64,000 bases of DNA from Alphaproteobacteria bacterium (GCA_965228895.1 OZ245842.1:4992001-5056000); one strand, 5' to 3'; shown: positions 52,639 to 63,015, counted from the stretch's first letter. A program made the numbers and translations. Notes: generated by a model not told the origin, from the letters alone.

Positions 52639-53610
52639 ATGGTCAAGGTGGTGAAACTCTACGAGCTCGGCGGTCCCGAGAAGTTCGTCGTCGAAGATGT
52701 CGAGCTGCCCGCGCCGGGACCTGGCGAGGTCGTGCTGAAAAACCACGCCGTCGGCCTCAACTTCTATGACGTCTACGAACGCACCGGCGTCTACCCGGCC
52801 GATCTTCCGGCGGTGCTGGGTATGGAATCCGCCGGTGTCATCGAGGCGGTCGGACCGGATGTCGACCATCTGAACGTCGGCGACCGGGTCGCACACGGCA
52901 CCGTCGGCGGTTCCTATGCCGAAGCCATGATTGCACCGGCTGACCAGTTGCTGCGCCTGCCCGACGGCATCGCGTTCGATACCGCCGCGGCCATGATGGG
53001 CAAGGGCATGACGGTCGAGCCCCTGGTCACGCGCACCTACGCGGTGCAGCCCGGCGACATCGTGTTGTTTCACGCCGCCGCCGGTGGTGTCGGCCTGATC
53101 GCATGCCAATGGCTGAAGGCGATCGGCGCGACGGTGATCGGCACGGTCTCCAGCGATGAGAAGGCCGAACTCGCCCGCGCCCACGGCTGCGACCATCCGG
53201 TGGTCACACCGCGCGAGAGCTTCGTCGACAAGGTGATGGAGCTGACCGCAGGCGAGGGCTGCCCGGTGGTCTATGATTCGATCGGCCGCGACACCTATGA
53301 CGATTCCATGAAATGCGTGCGCCGGCGCGGGCTCCTGGTCAGCTTCGGTCAGTCGTCCGGCCTGGTCGAACCGCACCGGCCCAACGTCTTGACCGGCGCC
53401 GGATCGATCTATCTGACGCGCCCGACCATGGGCGACTATGTGGTCACCCGCGCCGAGCTTGAGCAGACCGCCCAGAACCTGTTCGACATGGTGCTCTCGG
53501 GCAAGGTCAGGATCGAGATCGGCCAGACCTATGCGCTCGCCGACGTCGCGCAAGCCCACCACGATCTGGAAGCGCGCAAGACCAAAGGCTCGACGGTGCT
53601 GCTGCCCTAG
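52639..53610 (+). CDS. qor: NADPH:quinone oxidoreductase, copy 2
   Basis: Same motifs as copy 1; ATG 52639 with RBS ggagg. Confidence 0.88.
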   Translation: MVKVVKLYELGGPEKFVVEDVELPAPGPGEVVLKNHAVGLNFYDVYERTGVYPADLPAVLGMESAGVIEAVGPDVDHLNVGDRVAHGTVGGSYAEAMIAPADQLLRLPDGIAFDTAAAMMGKGMTVEPLVTRTYAVQPGDIVLFHAAAGGVGLIACQWLKAIGATVIGTVSSDEKAELARAHGCDHPVVTPRESFVDKVMELTAGEGCPVVYDSIGRDTYDDSMKCVRRRGLLVSFGQSSGLVEPHRPNVLTGAGSIYLTRPTMGDYVVTRAELEQTAQNLFDMVLSGKVRIEIGQTYALADVAQAHHDLEARKTKGSTVLLP

Positions 53611-54619
53611 AGAGCGGCTCCCGGCAACGGCAGCCAGGGAAGCCCGACCAGCGGCGGGTTGAGCCAGCCGATCCACAGGTGGTTGACGAACTGGCCGACA
53701 AATAATTGGGCTATCAGGCCCAACCAGATTGACCAGATCAGTACCGTTCTGAGCACGGTGCCGAGGCCTGCCAACAAGGGCTTTGCAGATGGCGCGCGTT
53801 CGTCCGCCACCACCGCGCGTCCATAAAGGCGCGCGGTCAGGCGGCGCAAGAAGATCAGGGCCAAGACCACATAAACCGTTGCCCACAGCCGGTAGGTCGC
53901 GGCAAAGGCAGCGATCTCCTCGCTATTGCGGTCCAAAAAGCCGGGGCTCCAGCCCTCGACGAAAGTCGGCGCGGCCTTGACGACGAAGAGGGGCAGGGCG
54001 GCCAGCATGACGAGCAGACAAAGACCGACATATCGCCAGCCGGCACGGCGAATGAGACGCCTGACGCGCGCGACCTGGAAGAACGCGGCCATGCGCCCTT
54101 CCGCCGCCTGGTGCGCCAACGCCATCGGCAGGTAGGTCAGAAGCGGCAGCGCGATGACCACGCCTATGAGGCCGACCAACGGCCCGACCCAGGCCTGCTC
54201 GTAGCCTTTGTTGAACGAGTTTTCCCAGCCGCCCCACCAGGACAAGAGCCACAGCACCGTGAAGGGCAGCGTTGTGGCCGCGATGGTGAGAAGTGCGGCA
54301 AGACCCAACCGGGCATTCTCGATCAACGCGCCGAACCAACGGCGCAGCCGGCGTTCGGATCCGCCTTCATCTGCCACCACCCACGTCGGCAGTGAGGGTC
54401 GCGGCAAGGTCGATGCGGATTGCCCAAGCGGGACATGGTGACCTGGCTCTCGCGCGCCATCAGACGCATCAGCCAACCGAGGACCAACACCGCCGTGACC
54501 GGGGTCAGGCAGAAGAAGACCGCGACGATGAAACGCCATGCCGAGGCAGCCCAACGCAGCCAACCCCTGCGCTCCGCGCGCAGTTGACCGCTACCGGTCA
54601 ACGCCGCATCGCGCGTCAC
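53607..54619 (-). pseudogene. Multi-pass membrane protein apparently split by a 1-nt frameshift near 54424
   Basis: N-terminal TM part in the frame starting at 54619 (overlaps the upstream stop), C-terminal TM part in the frame ending at 53607; one extra base near ttgggc would join them. Confidence 0.65.
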
Positions 54620-55773
54620 AGCAGCACCTCGTCCAGCACCCGGCCCTCGGCCCGGTGGGCGGAAAAGCCCATCAGCGCGGCAACCGTCGCCGCGATCTCC
54701 GTCTGATCGGTCGCTTTGTCGAGAACCCGGTCGCGCACGATGCCCGGGCCGAACATCAAGGCCCAGATCTCATGCGCGGAGCGGGTGTTAAAGTGGTGCT
54801 GGAACGGCACGCTGAGCAGCGGGTTGGCGTCACGTCCACAGTCGGGCACGACGACAAACACCGTCCGGTCGCGATAGGCGGGGTCCGCGTCGACATGGGC
54901 GACCAGGCGTTCGAGGTCGCGATCGATCGCAGCAATGGCGCGCGTGTAGTGCGACGCGTTGCCCCAGTGCACGTAGTCGGGATCCTGATAGTTGATCATC
55001 ATCAGGCGCGGTTTGAGGTGGCGTAGCGCCCACATGGCAAGCTCGGTCAACGCGGCATCGCCCCGGGGGTTCTTCAAGCCGTCATCGCCATAGAAGGCGT
55101 GCCAGCGCCGCCACATGGTCTCGATCGCCGGCGACTGGGCGCCGGCGGAACCACGCGTATCCTTCGCCTTCAGATCTTGAAGCGCCGCTTCTAGATGCAC
55201 GCGCTCTTCATCGGATAGGTCAGGATCGGTCAGCTTGTTGCGCAGGCGCCACAACTTGAAACGGTAGAGACTCAGGACCTCGCTGCGGAAGGCGACACCG
55301 TGGCTTTCGTGCACGCCATAGGACAGAAACTCCTCCTGCAGCCGGTCTTCCCCGTTAATCAGGATCGATTGATGGGCCGGCACCGCGAAGGCGCGGCGAA
55401 AGTATTCGAACAGCGTCGGTTCGGTCGGCTCCAGATTGCCGCCAAGACCGGGGCCGGGTATCGCGCGATAGGCGCGGTAACGTCCGGTCAGGATGTTGAC
55501 CGTCCCTTCCGCGTGGCTGGTGTCGACCCCGTCCAGCTGAGCGATCGTCATCGACGGGATCAGGACGCCGCGACGGACCAGGACATTGGCCAGGACGGGC
55601 GCATAGGTGGTGACCGGCTCGATCGTCTCGCGCCGGCGCACACCGCCGCCAAACCGCACAACGATCAGATTGGGTCCGTCATAAAGGCCCTGCGCCAAGC
55701 TCGAGCCGGGCATCGCGGCAGTGGCCAATCCACCGCCCAGACCGGCCAGTATCTCTCGACGGTTCATGCGCAT
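54616..55773 (-). CDS. Tat-exported hypothetical protein, alkaline-phosphatase/sulfatase-superfamily-like
   Basis: MNRREIL twin-Arg signal; LIVVRFGGG, DPDYVH, AIDRDL, TVFVVVPDCGRD. Confidence 0.6.
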   Translation of the reverse strand: MRMNRREILAGLGGGLATAAMPGSSLAQGLYDGPNLIVVRFGGGVRRRETIEPVTTYAPVLANVLVRRGVLIPSMTIAQLDGVDTSHAEGTVNILTGRYRAYRAIPGPGLGGNLEPTEPTLFEYFRRAFAVPAHQSILINGEDRLQEEFLSYGVHESHGVAFRSEVLSLYRFKLWRLRNKLTDPDLSDEERVHLEAALQDLKAKDTRGSAGAQSPAIETMWRRWHAFYGDDGLKNPRGDAALTELAMWALRHLKPRLMMINYQDPDYVHWGNASHYTRAIAAIDRDLERLVAHVDADPAYRDRTVFVVVPDCGRDANPLLSVPFQHHFNTRSAHEIWALMFGPGIVRDRVLDKATDQTEIAATVAALMGFSAHRAEGRVLDEVLL

Positions 55774-55990
55774 CGAACAGCGTGCCCCGCTGGTTCGTCC
55801 AGCAAACCGCCCCTGCAGCAGAACCCGTTTTGGTGGAATCGCTTCGAGAAACCGTCAAGACGAATGAATCTGCTCTACCCATCGATAGAGAGCGGATCGT
55901 GGCATGATACGGGCAACATGGCGCCGGACCTACACACCGGCGTCACAGCTGTCACGATTTGGCGCCACGCCCGTAGCCGAGTGCTTTGAA

Positions 55991-56818
55991 TCAGCCGGCG
56001 ATCTTCAACAGTGGCTGCCGGTTGACGCGACCGAACAGGTGGCGCTGGGTTTCCTCGCTGCCGATGACCCCCGGTTTTTCGCAGTAGCTGAGCAGCGCGA
56101 TGCATCGCCACGTACCCGGCGCCGGCGCGGTGACCCGGTGCATGGAATGGCGGCCTTCGAAAAACTGCAGGTCGCCGGGCCGCATATCCAGGTCAACCAC
56201 CCTGTCCGATCTACCGTCGAGCACGGCGGTGACATCGTCGTAGTGCTCGTCCTCGTCACTGCGCAGATAGGGCGCATACTGAAAACGGCCGCCTTCCTGC
56301 GGTTCGTGAACCAGAACCGAGACGACAAAATGGGTGACGTCGAAATGCCAAGGCAACGCTTCGTCCGCTTCCTGAATCGACAGCGCGCAGGCGCCCAGGG
56401 GATCGGCATAGGGATAGAGCACGTCGACACCGGCGACCCGGCGCACGAACTCGGTCATGGCGGGCGTTTCGTAGAGCAGGCGCGTCGGCGACTGGTCGCC
56501 GAGCATGTCGTAGCCGACAAACCGGTTGCGGCGGGGTGCGTGTCTGGTGCGTGGATGACCGTCCGGCCAGTCGCCATCGGCATGCTGGTAGGGCGGATAG
56601 GGCCAAAAAGCCCGTTCGACGGGGATAGTCGTGTCGCGCAGGCGTTCGCCTTCGGCCGCCATGATGGCCGCGGCTTCGGGCAGCACGAAACCCTTTAGAA
56701 CCGCGCATCCGTCGTCGGCCAGACCGGCCCTCGCCTCGGCGACCGCGCGTTCGAACCCCGGACTGTCAAGGTCGTGGATGGGATACCGCGCTACATCAAC
56801 AATGCTGTCCAAAGCCAT
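55991..56818 (-). CDS. 2OG-Fe(II) oxygenase (BesD/HalD-like fold, HxD hydroxylase type)
   Basis: LPWHFD, GG.F.Y, PGDL..F.G..SMHRVT, distal R. Confidence 0.78.
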   Translation of the reverse strand: MALDSIVDVARYPIHDLDSPGFERAVAEARAGLADDGCAVLKGFVLPEAAAIMAAEGERLRDTTIPVERAFWPYPPYQHADGDWPDGHPRTRHAPRRNRFVGYDMLGDQSPTRLLYETPAMTEFVRRVAGVDVLYPYADPLGACALSIQEADEALPWHFDVTHFVVSVLVHEPQEGGRFQYAPYLRSDEDEHYDDVTAVLDGRSDRVVDLDMRPGDLQFFEGRHSMHRVTAPAPGTWRCIALLSYCEKPGVIGSEETQRHLFGRVNRQPLLKIAG

Positions 56819-56910
56819 CGCCCTGCCCCGCACAACGTTGTGTCCGGCACCACGCTACGGTCAGCCGGGATTGAATGGGAAGCACTTTTCGTAGGCGGTG
56901 TGACGCGTGA

Positions 56911-56937
56911 CGTCACAAACCAGGAATGCGGATCGTC
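56911..56937 (+). promoter_or_regulatory. ECF41-type promoter
   Basis: cGTCACA-N16-CGTC versus ECF41 consensus TGTCACA-N16-CGTC, directly upstream of the CMD-ECF41 operon. Confidence 0.8.
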
Positions 56938-56978
56938 ATAGAGGTATCAGCCCACTCACCACATAACGAGACAACACC

Positions 56979-57410
56979 ATGAGCGATACGACAGCGGTGC
57001 GTTACGATCAGGAGATACCCGACATCCTGACGGCCATGGCGGGCGTCCACGACGTCATGAAGGGCCATGGTCTTGAACCGACGCTTCACCACCTCGTGCA
57101 GCTTCGGGCATCGCAGATCAACCGTTGCGGTTTCTGCATCAAGATGCACCTCAAGGAGGCGCGCGATGACGGCGAAACCGACGCGCGGCTCGACCGTGTC
57201 ATCGTCTGGGATCAGGTGAACGATTTCACCGATCGCGAGAAAGCAGCGCTCGCCTGGACCGAAGCGCTCACCGACCTCGATCCCCATGCCGATCTCGCTT
57301 CCCTGCGCGCCCGGCTACGGCAACACTTTTCCGAGAACGAGATTGGTGTTCTGACCGCCGCCGTCGCCATGATCAACATGTGGAACCGCATCAATGGCTC
57401 AAGGCACTGA
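56979..57410 (+). CDS. Carboxymuconolactone decarboxylase/AhpD-like protein
   Basis: LRASQINRCGFCIKMH, FTDREKAALAWTE, IN.WNRI. Confidence 0.9.
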   Translation: MSDTTAVRYDQEIPDILTAMAGVHDVMKGHGLEPTLHHLVQLRASQINRCGFCIKMHLKEARDDGETDARLDRVIVWDQVNDFTDREKAALAWTEALTDLDPHADLASLRARLRQHFSENEIGVLTAAVAMINMWNRINGSRH

Positions 57411-58299
57411 CATGGTCGATCAAGACGACATCCAGGTGTTCGAGGATGCGCGGCCGAACCTGTTGGGTCTCGCCTATCGCATCCTCGGCACGATGACAGA
57501 GGCCGAGGACGCGGTTCAGGACACCTTCGTCAAATGGGCGAAGGCGAAGCGGTCGGCAATCGACAACAAGCCGGCGTGGCTGACCACGGTCTGCACGCGC
57601 CGTTGTCTCGACCTGCTACGGTCGGCCCACCGCGCGCGCGAACACTATGTCGGCGCGTGGCTGCCGGAACCCATCCACACATCGGTCGAGCATGAAGGCG
57701 ACCAAAAACTCGACATGGCGTCGTCACTGACGACCGCGTTTTTGTTGATGCTGGAACGTCTCACGCCGAAAGAGCGCGCGGCCTATCTGCTTCACGAAAT
57801 CTTCGATGTCGCCTATCCGGAAATCGCCGACACCTTGGCGATCAAGGAACCGACTTGCCGCAAGCTGGTGTCGCGCGCCAAGGCGCATATCGACCAGGCG
57901 GACATCCGCCATCAAACCCCCGTGGCGCAGCAGGAAGCCTTCCTGGAGGCCTTCCAGACGGCGGTGACCAGCGGCGCCACCGAGCCGCTGGCAGCGCTGC
58001 TATCGCGCGACGTCAGGCTCAGCACCGACGGCGGCGGCAAGGTACCGGCGATCCTCGAGATCCTGGAGGGCAGGGCCGATGTGATGGCTTTCATGGAAGA
58101 AGGCCTGCACACGTTCTGGGCCGGCTGCCAATGGCATGTCGTCGACATCAACGGCGCGCGCGGCGTCGTCATCAAACACGACGACACGACCCAGGCCGTC
58201 GCCTCTTTCGCTTATGACGCCAACGGCCAGGCGACCGACATCTTCATCATGCGCAATCCCGACAAACTCGCCCATCTCGGTGCGATTGCGATCCACTGA
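57394..58299 (+). CDS. sigJ: ECF41 (SigJ-like) sigma factor with SnoaL-like C-terminal extension
   Basis: AYRILG..EAEDAVQD, YVG.WLPEP, LERLTP.ERA, DGGGK, NPDKL; start may be 57412. Confidence 0.88.
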   Translation: MAQGTDMVDQDDIQVFEDARPNLLGLAYRILGTMTEAEDAVQDTFVKWAKAKRSAIDNKPAWLTTVCTRRCLDLLRSAHRAREHYVGAWLPEPIHTSVEHEGDQKLDMASSLTTAFLLMLERLTPKERAAYLLHEIFDVAYPEIADTLAIKEPTCRKLVSRAKAHIDQADIRHQTPVAQQEAFLEAFQTAVTSGATEPLAALLSRDVRLSTDGGGKVPAILEILEGRADVMAFMEEGLHTFWAGCQWHVVDINGARGVVIKHDDTTQAVASFAYDANGQATDIFIMRNPDKLAHLGAIAIH

Positions 58300-58328
58300 T
58301 GCCAAGACCGAAACGCGCACCAATAACC

Positions 58329-58808
58329 ATGCTTCTCAAAACATGTTTAGCCGGAGCCATCGCCATCATGAGTCTCTTTGTTCCGACCATCACCGACGCC
58401 GACGATGCCACCCTGTCGATTATCAACCCGCCGGGTTTGTTCGACCCCGCGCCCAACGGTTTCAGCCATGCGGTTGTCGCCAGCGATGTCAGCAAGCTTG
58501 TCTTCATTGCCGGACAGGGCGGTGAAGACGAGACCGGTTTGTTGTCGCCTGATTTCGCCAATCAGGTGAATCAGGCTTACAAGAACCTCGCCATCGCGTT
58601 GCATGCCGGCGGCGCGAAACCCCATGATGTCACCAAATTGACGACCTATGTGGTCGACTACGATCCCGCCAAGCTTGATCTGATGACGCGCCACATCAAG
58701 GCGATGTTCGGCGACAGGCTACCGGCCCAGACCCTGGTGCCGGTGCCGCGTCTGGCCCTCGACGGCATGCTGTTCGAGGTCGAGGCCTACGCCGTCATCG
58801 GCCGCTAA
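58329..58808 (+). CDS. Rid (YjgF/UK114) family protein with N-terminal signal-like segment
   Basis: FSH.V, FIAGQ, DV.KLT.Y, PAQTLV.V.RLA...LFEVEA. Confidence 0.82.
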   Translation: MLLKTCLAGAIAIMSLFVPTITDADDATLSIINPPGLFDPAPNGFSHAVVASDVSKLVFIAGQGGEDETGLLSPDFANQVNQAYKNLAIALHAGGAKPHDVTKLTTYVVDYDPAKLDLMTRHIKAMFGDRLPAQTLVPVPRLALDGMLFEVEAYAVIGR

Positions 58809-58904
58809 GGTCGGAGCATAAACGCCGGCCACGACCGGTGGATCGCGGAAGCTGACGACAGCTTCCGCGCACCTGTTCGGACGTCTTGGATGATGCTGTC
58901 GAAA

Positions 58905-58934
58905 CGGCGGCGTCCTCAAACAAGGACGCCGCCG
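58905..58934. terminator. 12-bp stem-loop between the convergent Rid gene and rho
   Basis: cggcggcgtcct-caaaca-aggacgccgccg, 7 nt after the rho stop; only a short T-run. Confidence 0.6.
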
Positions 58935-58941
58935 AATTCAA

Positions 58942-60246
58942 CTAGGTGTTCATGGAGTCGAAGAAGTCGTCGTTGTTTTTCGTGTGCTTGAGCTTGTCGA
59001 GCAGGAACTCGATGGCATCGACCGCACCCATGGGCATCAGGATCCGGCGCAGCACCCACATCTTGGCGAGCTGGCCCTTGCCGACCAGAAGCTCTTCCTT
59101 GCGGGTGCCGGACTTGCCGACATCGATGGCCGGGAAGATACGCTTGTCGGCGATCTTGCGGTCCATGACGATCTCGGAGTTACCCGTGCCCTTGAACTCT
59201 TCGAAGATGACCTCGTCCATGCGGCTGCCGGTATCGATCAGCGCAGTCGCGATGATGGTCATCGAGCCGCCGCCCTCGATGTTACGGGCGGCGCCGAAGA
59301 AACGTTTCGGGCGCTGCAGGGCGTTGGCGTCGACACCGCCGGTCAGAACCTTGCCGGACGACGGCACAACGGTGTTGTAGGCACGCGCCAGGCGCGTGAT
59401 CGAGTCGAGCAGGATGACGACATCGCGCTTCTGTTCGACCAGGCGCTTGGCCTTTTCGATCACCATCTCGGCAACCGCGACGTGGCGGCCGGCGGGTTCG
59501 TCAAAGGTCGAGCTGATGACCTCGCCCTTCACCGAACGCTGCATGTCCGTCACTTCTTCCGGACGTTCGTCGATCAAGAGCACCATCAAGAAGACTTCGG
59601 GATGGTTCGCCTCGATCGCGTGGGCGATGTTCTGCATCAAAACCGTCTTACCGGCGCGCGGCGGCGAGGTAAGCAACGCGCGCTGGCCTTTGCCGAGCGG
59701 CGAGACCAGTTCGATGATGCGGGTCGACAGATCCTTCTTGGTGGGATCGTCGAGTTCCAGGTTCAGTTTTTCTTCCGGATAGAGCGGCGTCAGGTTGTCG
59801 AAGGTGACGCGGTGGCGCGTGGTCTCCGGCTCCTCGAAGTTGATGTTCGAGACCTTCAAGAGCGCGAAGTAGCGTTCGTTGTCTTTCGGCGCCCGGATCT
59901 GGCCCTCGACGGTGTCGCCGGTCTTCAGCGCAAAGCGCCGGATCTGACTGGGGCTGACATAGATGTCGTCGGGACCGGGCAGGTAGTTGGCTTCCGGGCT
60001 TCTGAGGAAACCGAAGCCGTCCTGCAGCACCTCCAACACGCCTTCGCCGAAAATCGGCACATCCTGATCGGCGTATTCCTTCAGGATCGCGAACATCAGA
60101 TCCTGTTTTCGAAGGACACTGGCGTTCTCGACACCGAGTTGCTCGCCGTATTCCAGCAGCTCTTCGGGCTTCTTGTTCTTCAGTTCTTGTAGATTGAGCT
60201 GTTCAAGCTCCGGGGGGCTTTTTGCTTCTGCTTCGCTAGCGGCCAT
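58942..60246 (-). CDS. rho: Transcription termination factor Rho
   Basis: [47 protein letters not shown]. Confidence 0.99.
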   Translation of the reverse strand: MAASEAEAKSPPELEQLNLQELKNKKPEELLEYGEQLGVENASVLRKQDLMFAILKEYADQDVPIFGEGVLEVLQDGFGFLRSPEANYLPGPDDIYVSPSQIRRFALKTGDTVEGQIRAPKDNERYFALLKVSNINFEEPETTRHRVTFDNLTPLYPEEKLNLELDDPTKKDLSTRIIELVSPLGKGQRALLTSPPRAGKTVLMQNIAHAIEANHPEVFLMVLLIDERPEEVTDMQRSVKGEVISSTFDEPAGRHVAVAEMVIEKAKRLVEQKRDVVILLDSITRLARAYNTVVPSSGKVLTGGVDANALQRPKRFFGAARNIEGGGSMTIIATALIDTGSRMDEVIFEEFKGTGNSEIVMDRKIADKRIFPAIDVGKSGTRKEELLVGKGQLAKMWVLRRILMPMGAVDAIEFLLDKLKHTKNNDDFFDSMNT

Positions 60247-60453
60247 TTGTTATGCCTGACGCGGCGGTCCTAACGGATCGCCTTCCATGGAGGGTTGGGA
60301 AATCTTGCTCAGCCACCGCCTGGTCGCGGCTTAATCGGACATCTTTCAGGCCAAGGACGGCCTATGTCGGGCTGGTTTAGATAAGATACCTAAGAAATAG
60401 GGGCGGCTGGGCGAAGAGTCAAACAACAATCGTGCAACAGTCTGCCGTTTCAA

Positions 60454-60900
60454 TCAGAACGGCTTGGCCACGGCAAGAAGCACAATTGCAATCATGACGA
60501 GTGTCGGCGCTTCGTTCATGAACTTGTAGAAACGCGGCGCCCGGGTGTTGCGGTCTTCGGCAAACGCCCGCCGCCAGCGGGCAAAGAACATGTGCAGCAC
60601 CGTCATGGCGACAATCAAGACGACTTTCACATGCCACCAGCCTTCCTGCCAGATGCCCGGCCAACGTGCGATGACAAGCGCAATGCCGAAGACATAGGCC
60701 GCAATCATGGCGGGATTCATGATTGCTCTAAGAAGGCGTCGCTCCATGGTCTTGAACGTTTCCGACATCGCCGAGCCGGGTTCAGCGGAAGCGTGGTAGA
60801 CGAAGAGGCGCGGCAGATAGAGCAGGCCTGCCATCCAGGCGATGACGGCGATGATGTGGAGCGCCTTGATCCACTGATAGTTGTCGATCAGGAAGTCCAT
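60454..60900 (-). CDS. hemJ: Protoporphyrinogen oxidase HemJ
   Basis: WIKALH....WMAGLLYLPRLFVYH, MERRL...IMNPAM, NEAPT, KPF. Confidence 0.93.
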   Translation of the reverse strand: MDFLIDNYQWIKALHIIAVIAWMAGLLYLPRLFVYHASAEPGSAMSETFKTMERRLLRAIMNPAMIAAYVFGIALVIARWPGIWQEGWWHVKVVLIVAMTVLHMFFARWRRAFAEDRNTRAPRFYKFMNEAPTLVMIAIVLLAVAKPF

Positions 60901-60901
60901 C

Positions 60902-61930
60902 TCAGGCCTGTCGGCAGGGACATTTCGCCCAATCCTGTGGGCACAAGCGTGCCCCGGTGTTACTCGCCGGATCGTTGTCGCGGGCAAAAGCTGCCCCGAC
61001 AAGCCCGGCCAAACCATTGATGAAGGCCGGTTGCGTCTTCAAGGCGGGCACCCGGATATAGGTCTTCACCCCCGCTTTCCTGGCCATGTCCGCGTATTCG
61101 ATGTCGAGTTCGACCAGGGTTTCAGAGTGTTCGGAGACAAACGCGATGGGAATCACGATGACTCCCAGGCTCTCCTTGCCGGCGCGTTTGATCTCGTCGT
61201 CGGTCGACGGCCCGATCCAGGTCAAAGGCCCGACGCGGCTTTGGTAACAGACCAGCCAATCAAGCTCCGGACGACCGACCGCGGTCATTACCGCGTTTGC
61301 CGTCTGCTCGACCTGCCACTGATAGGGATCGCCATCCTTGACGATCTTCTCCGGCAAGCCGTGTGCTGAAAACAGCAGGCGGACCGGGCGGTCTGCCGCT
61401 TCTTCCAGCGCCTCGTTCACCAGCTTGGCCTGTGCTGCGATCAGGCCGGCTTCGGTCGGATAACAACAGATCGTGTGAGTCGGCACGTCGAGCCCAGCCG
61501 CACGAGCCGCGCGCTTCCACTCACGCACGGACGAAGCCGTCGTCGTCGTTGAGTACTGCGGGTAGAGCGGCAACAAGACGACCCGATCGGGCGCGAACTC
61601 CTTGACCTGGCCAACGACTTCCTCAGCCATCGGATGCCAGTAGCGCATGGCGACAAAGACCCTGGCCTGATCATCGTTCAATACCTGCTGGAGCGCGCGC
61701 GCCTGATCCCAGGTCTGTTCCAGAAGCGGCGATTTGCCGCCGATATGGCCATAGATCTCGCGCGCCTGTTTTTGCCGGCGGTGGCTGATCAGATGCGCCA
61801 GAAACGGGCGCAACGGCCAGGGCAGACCGATGATCGCGGGATCGTTGAACAGGTTGGCCAGGAACGGCTGGATGGCATCGGGCCGGTCGGGACCACCCAG
61901 ATTGAACAGGATAACGGCCGTGCGGGTCAT
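60902..61930 (-). CDS. hemH: Ferrochelatase
   Basis: NLGGP, AMRYWHP, PLYPQYS, FSAHGLP, YQSRVGP, FVSEHSETL.ELD. Confidence 0.97.
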   Translation of the reverse strand: MTRTAVILFNLGGPDRPDAIQPFLANLFNDPAIIGLPWPLRPFLAHLISHRRQKQAREIYGHIGGKSPLLEQTWDQARALQQVLNDDQARVFVAMRYWHPMAEEVVGQVKEFAPDRVVLLPLYPQYSTTTTASSVREWKRAARAAGLDVPTHTICCYPTEAGLIAAQAKLVNEALEEAADRPVRLLFSAHGLPEKIVKDGDPYQWQVEQTANAVMTAVGRPELDWLVCYQSRVGPLTWIGPSTDDEIKRAGKESLGVIVIPIAFVSEHSETLVELDIEYADMARKAGVKTYIRVPALKTQPAFINGLAGLVGAAFARDNDPASNTGARLCPQDWAKCPCRQA

Positions 61931-63015
61931 TCCGCCGCCTCAAGATCTGCCTGGCGGACGATCTCGACCAGCTCGGCCACATGCTCCGGCGGCGTCGGCG
62001 GCATCACGCCGTGGCCGAGATTGAAGATGTGCGGCCCACCGGCAAGCGCCGCACGGATCGCGCGGATCTGCGCGGTCATGGCCGCACCGCCGGCAAGCAG
62101 CAGGACGGGATCGAGATTGCCCTGGATCGTGACATCGCGCTGCAGACGGGCGGCTTCATCAAGCGGGACCCCATGGTCCATCTGGAGGCCCGCACAACCG
62201 GTTTTCTCGACATACGTGCCGTACAGATAACCGGCGCCACGGGGGAAACCGATAACCGGAACGCCCGGGTGGCTTTGGGCCAAAGCGCCCACGATCGCCG
62301 CAGCCGGCCGGGTGCACCAGGTCTCGAACGCCGAGGCCGAGAGAATGCCGGCCCAGCTGTCGAACAGCTGGACACAATCGGCGCCGGCGTCGATCTGATG
62401 GCGCAAGAGGTCGATCACGGCATCGGTCAGGAGATCGATCAACCGATGAAAGCTCTCGGGATCGCCGGCCGCCCAGCATCGCGCCGCGGCGAAGTCTTTC
62501 GACCCGCCGCCCTCGGCCATGTAGGCCGCCAGGGTCCACGGCGCACCGGCGAAGCCGATCAAGGTCGTCATGGGATCAAGCTCAGCCTTGACCCGACCCA
62601 CCGTCTCGAAGACCGGCGCCAGATGGTCGGCCAGACGGTCCGGCTGCAGCGACGCGAGGTCACCCGGACCGATCGGCTCGAGAACCGGGCCTTCACCGGT
62701 CGCAAACCGCACCGGTTGGCCCAAAGCGTCCGGGATGACCAGAATGTCGGAGAACAGGATGGCAGCGTCCAAACCGAAGCGCCGGATTGGCTGCAAGGTT
62801 ATTTCTGTCGCTAAATCAGGCGTATAGCAGGTTGTCAGGAAGTCTGGCGCGCTCTGGCGCAAGGCCCTGTACTCCGGCAGATAACGCCCGGCCTGGCGCA
62901 TCAGCCAGATCGGCGCGGGCGAGACGGCTTCGCCGCCTAGCGCACGCAAGATGGGCTTGGCCGGTTGGGTCGATGGCGATGGATCTGACGTTGTCACGAG
63001 GCGGGGATACACCAT
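61927..63015 (-). CDS. hemE: Uroporphyrinogen decarboxylase
   Basis: PIWLMRQAGRYLPEY, FSDIL, IGFAGAPWTLA.Y, QGNLDP, FNLGHG. Confidence 0.97.
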   Translation of the reverse strand: MVYPRLVTTSDPSPSTQPAKPILRALGGEAVSPAPIWLMRQAGRYLPEYRALRQSAPDFLTTCYTPDLATEITLQPIRRFGLDAAILFSDILVIPDALGQPVRFATGEGPVLEPIGPGDLASLQPDRLADHLAPVFETVGRVKAELDPMTTLIGFAGAPWTLAAYMAEGGGSKDFAAARCWAAGDPESFHRLIDLLTDAVIDLLRHQIDAGADCVQLFDSWAGILSASAFETWCTRPAAAIVGALAQSHPGVPVIGFPRGAGYLYGTYVEKTGCAGLQMDHGVPLDEAARLQRDVTIQGNLDPVLLLAGGAAMTAQIRAIRAALAGGPHIFNLGHGVMPPTPPEHVAELVEIVRQADLEAAE

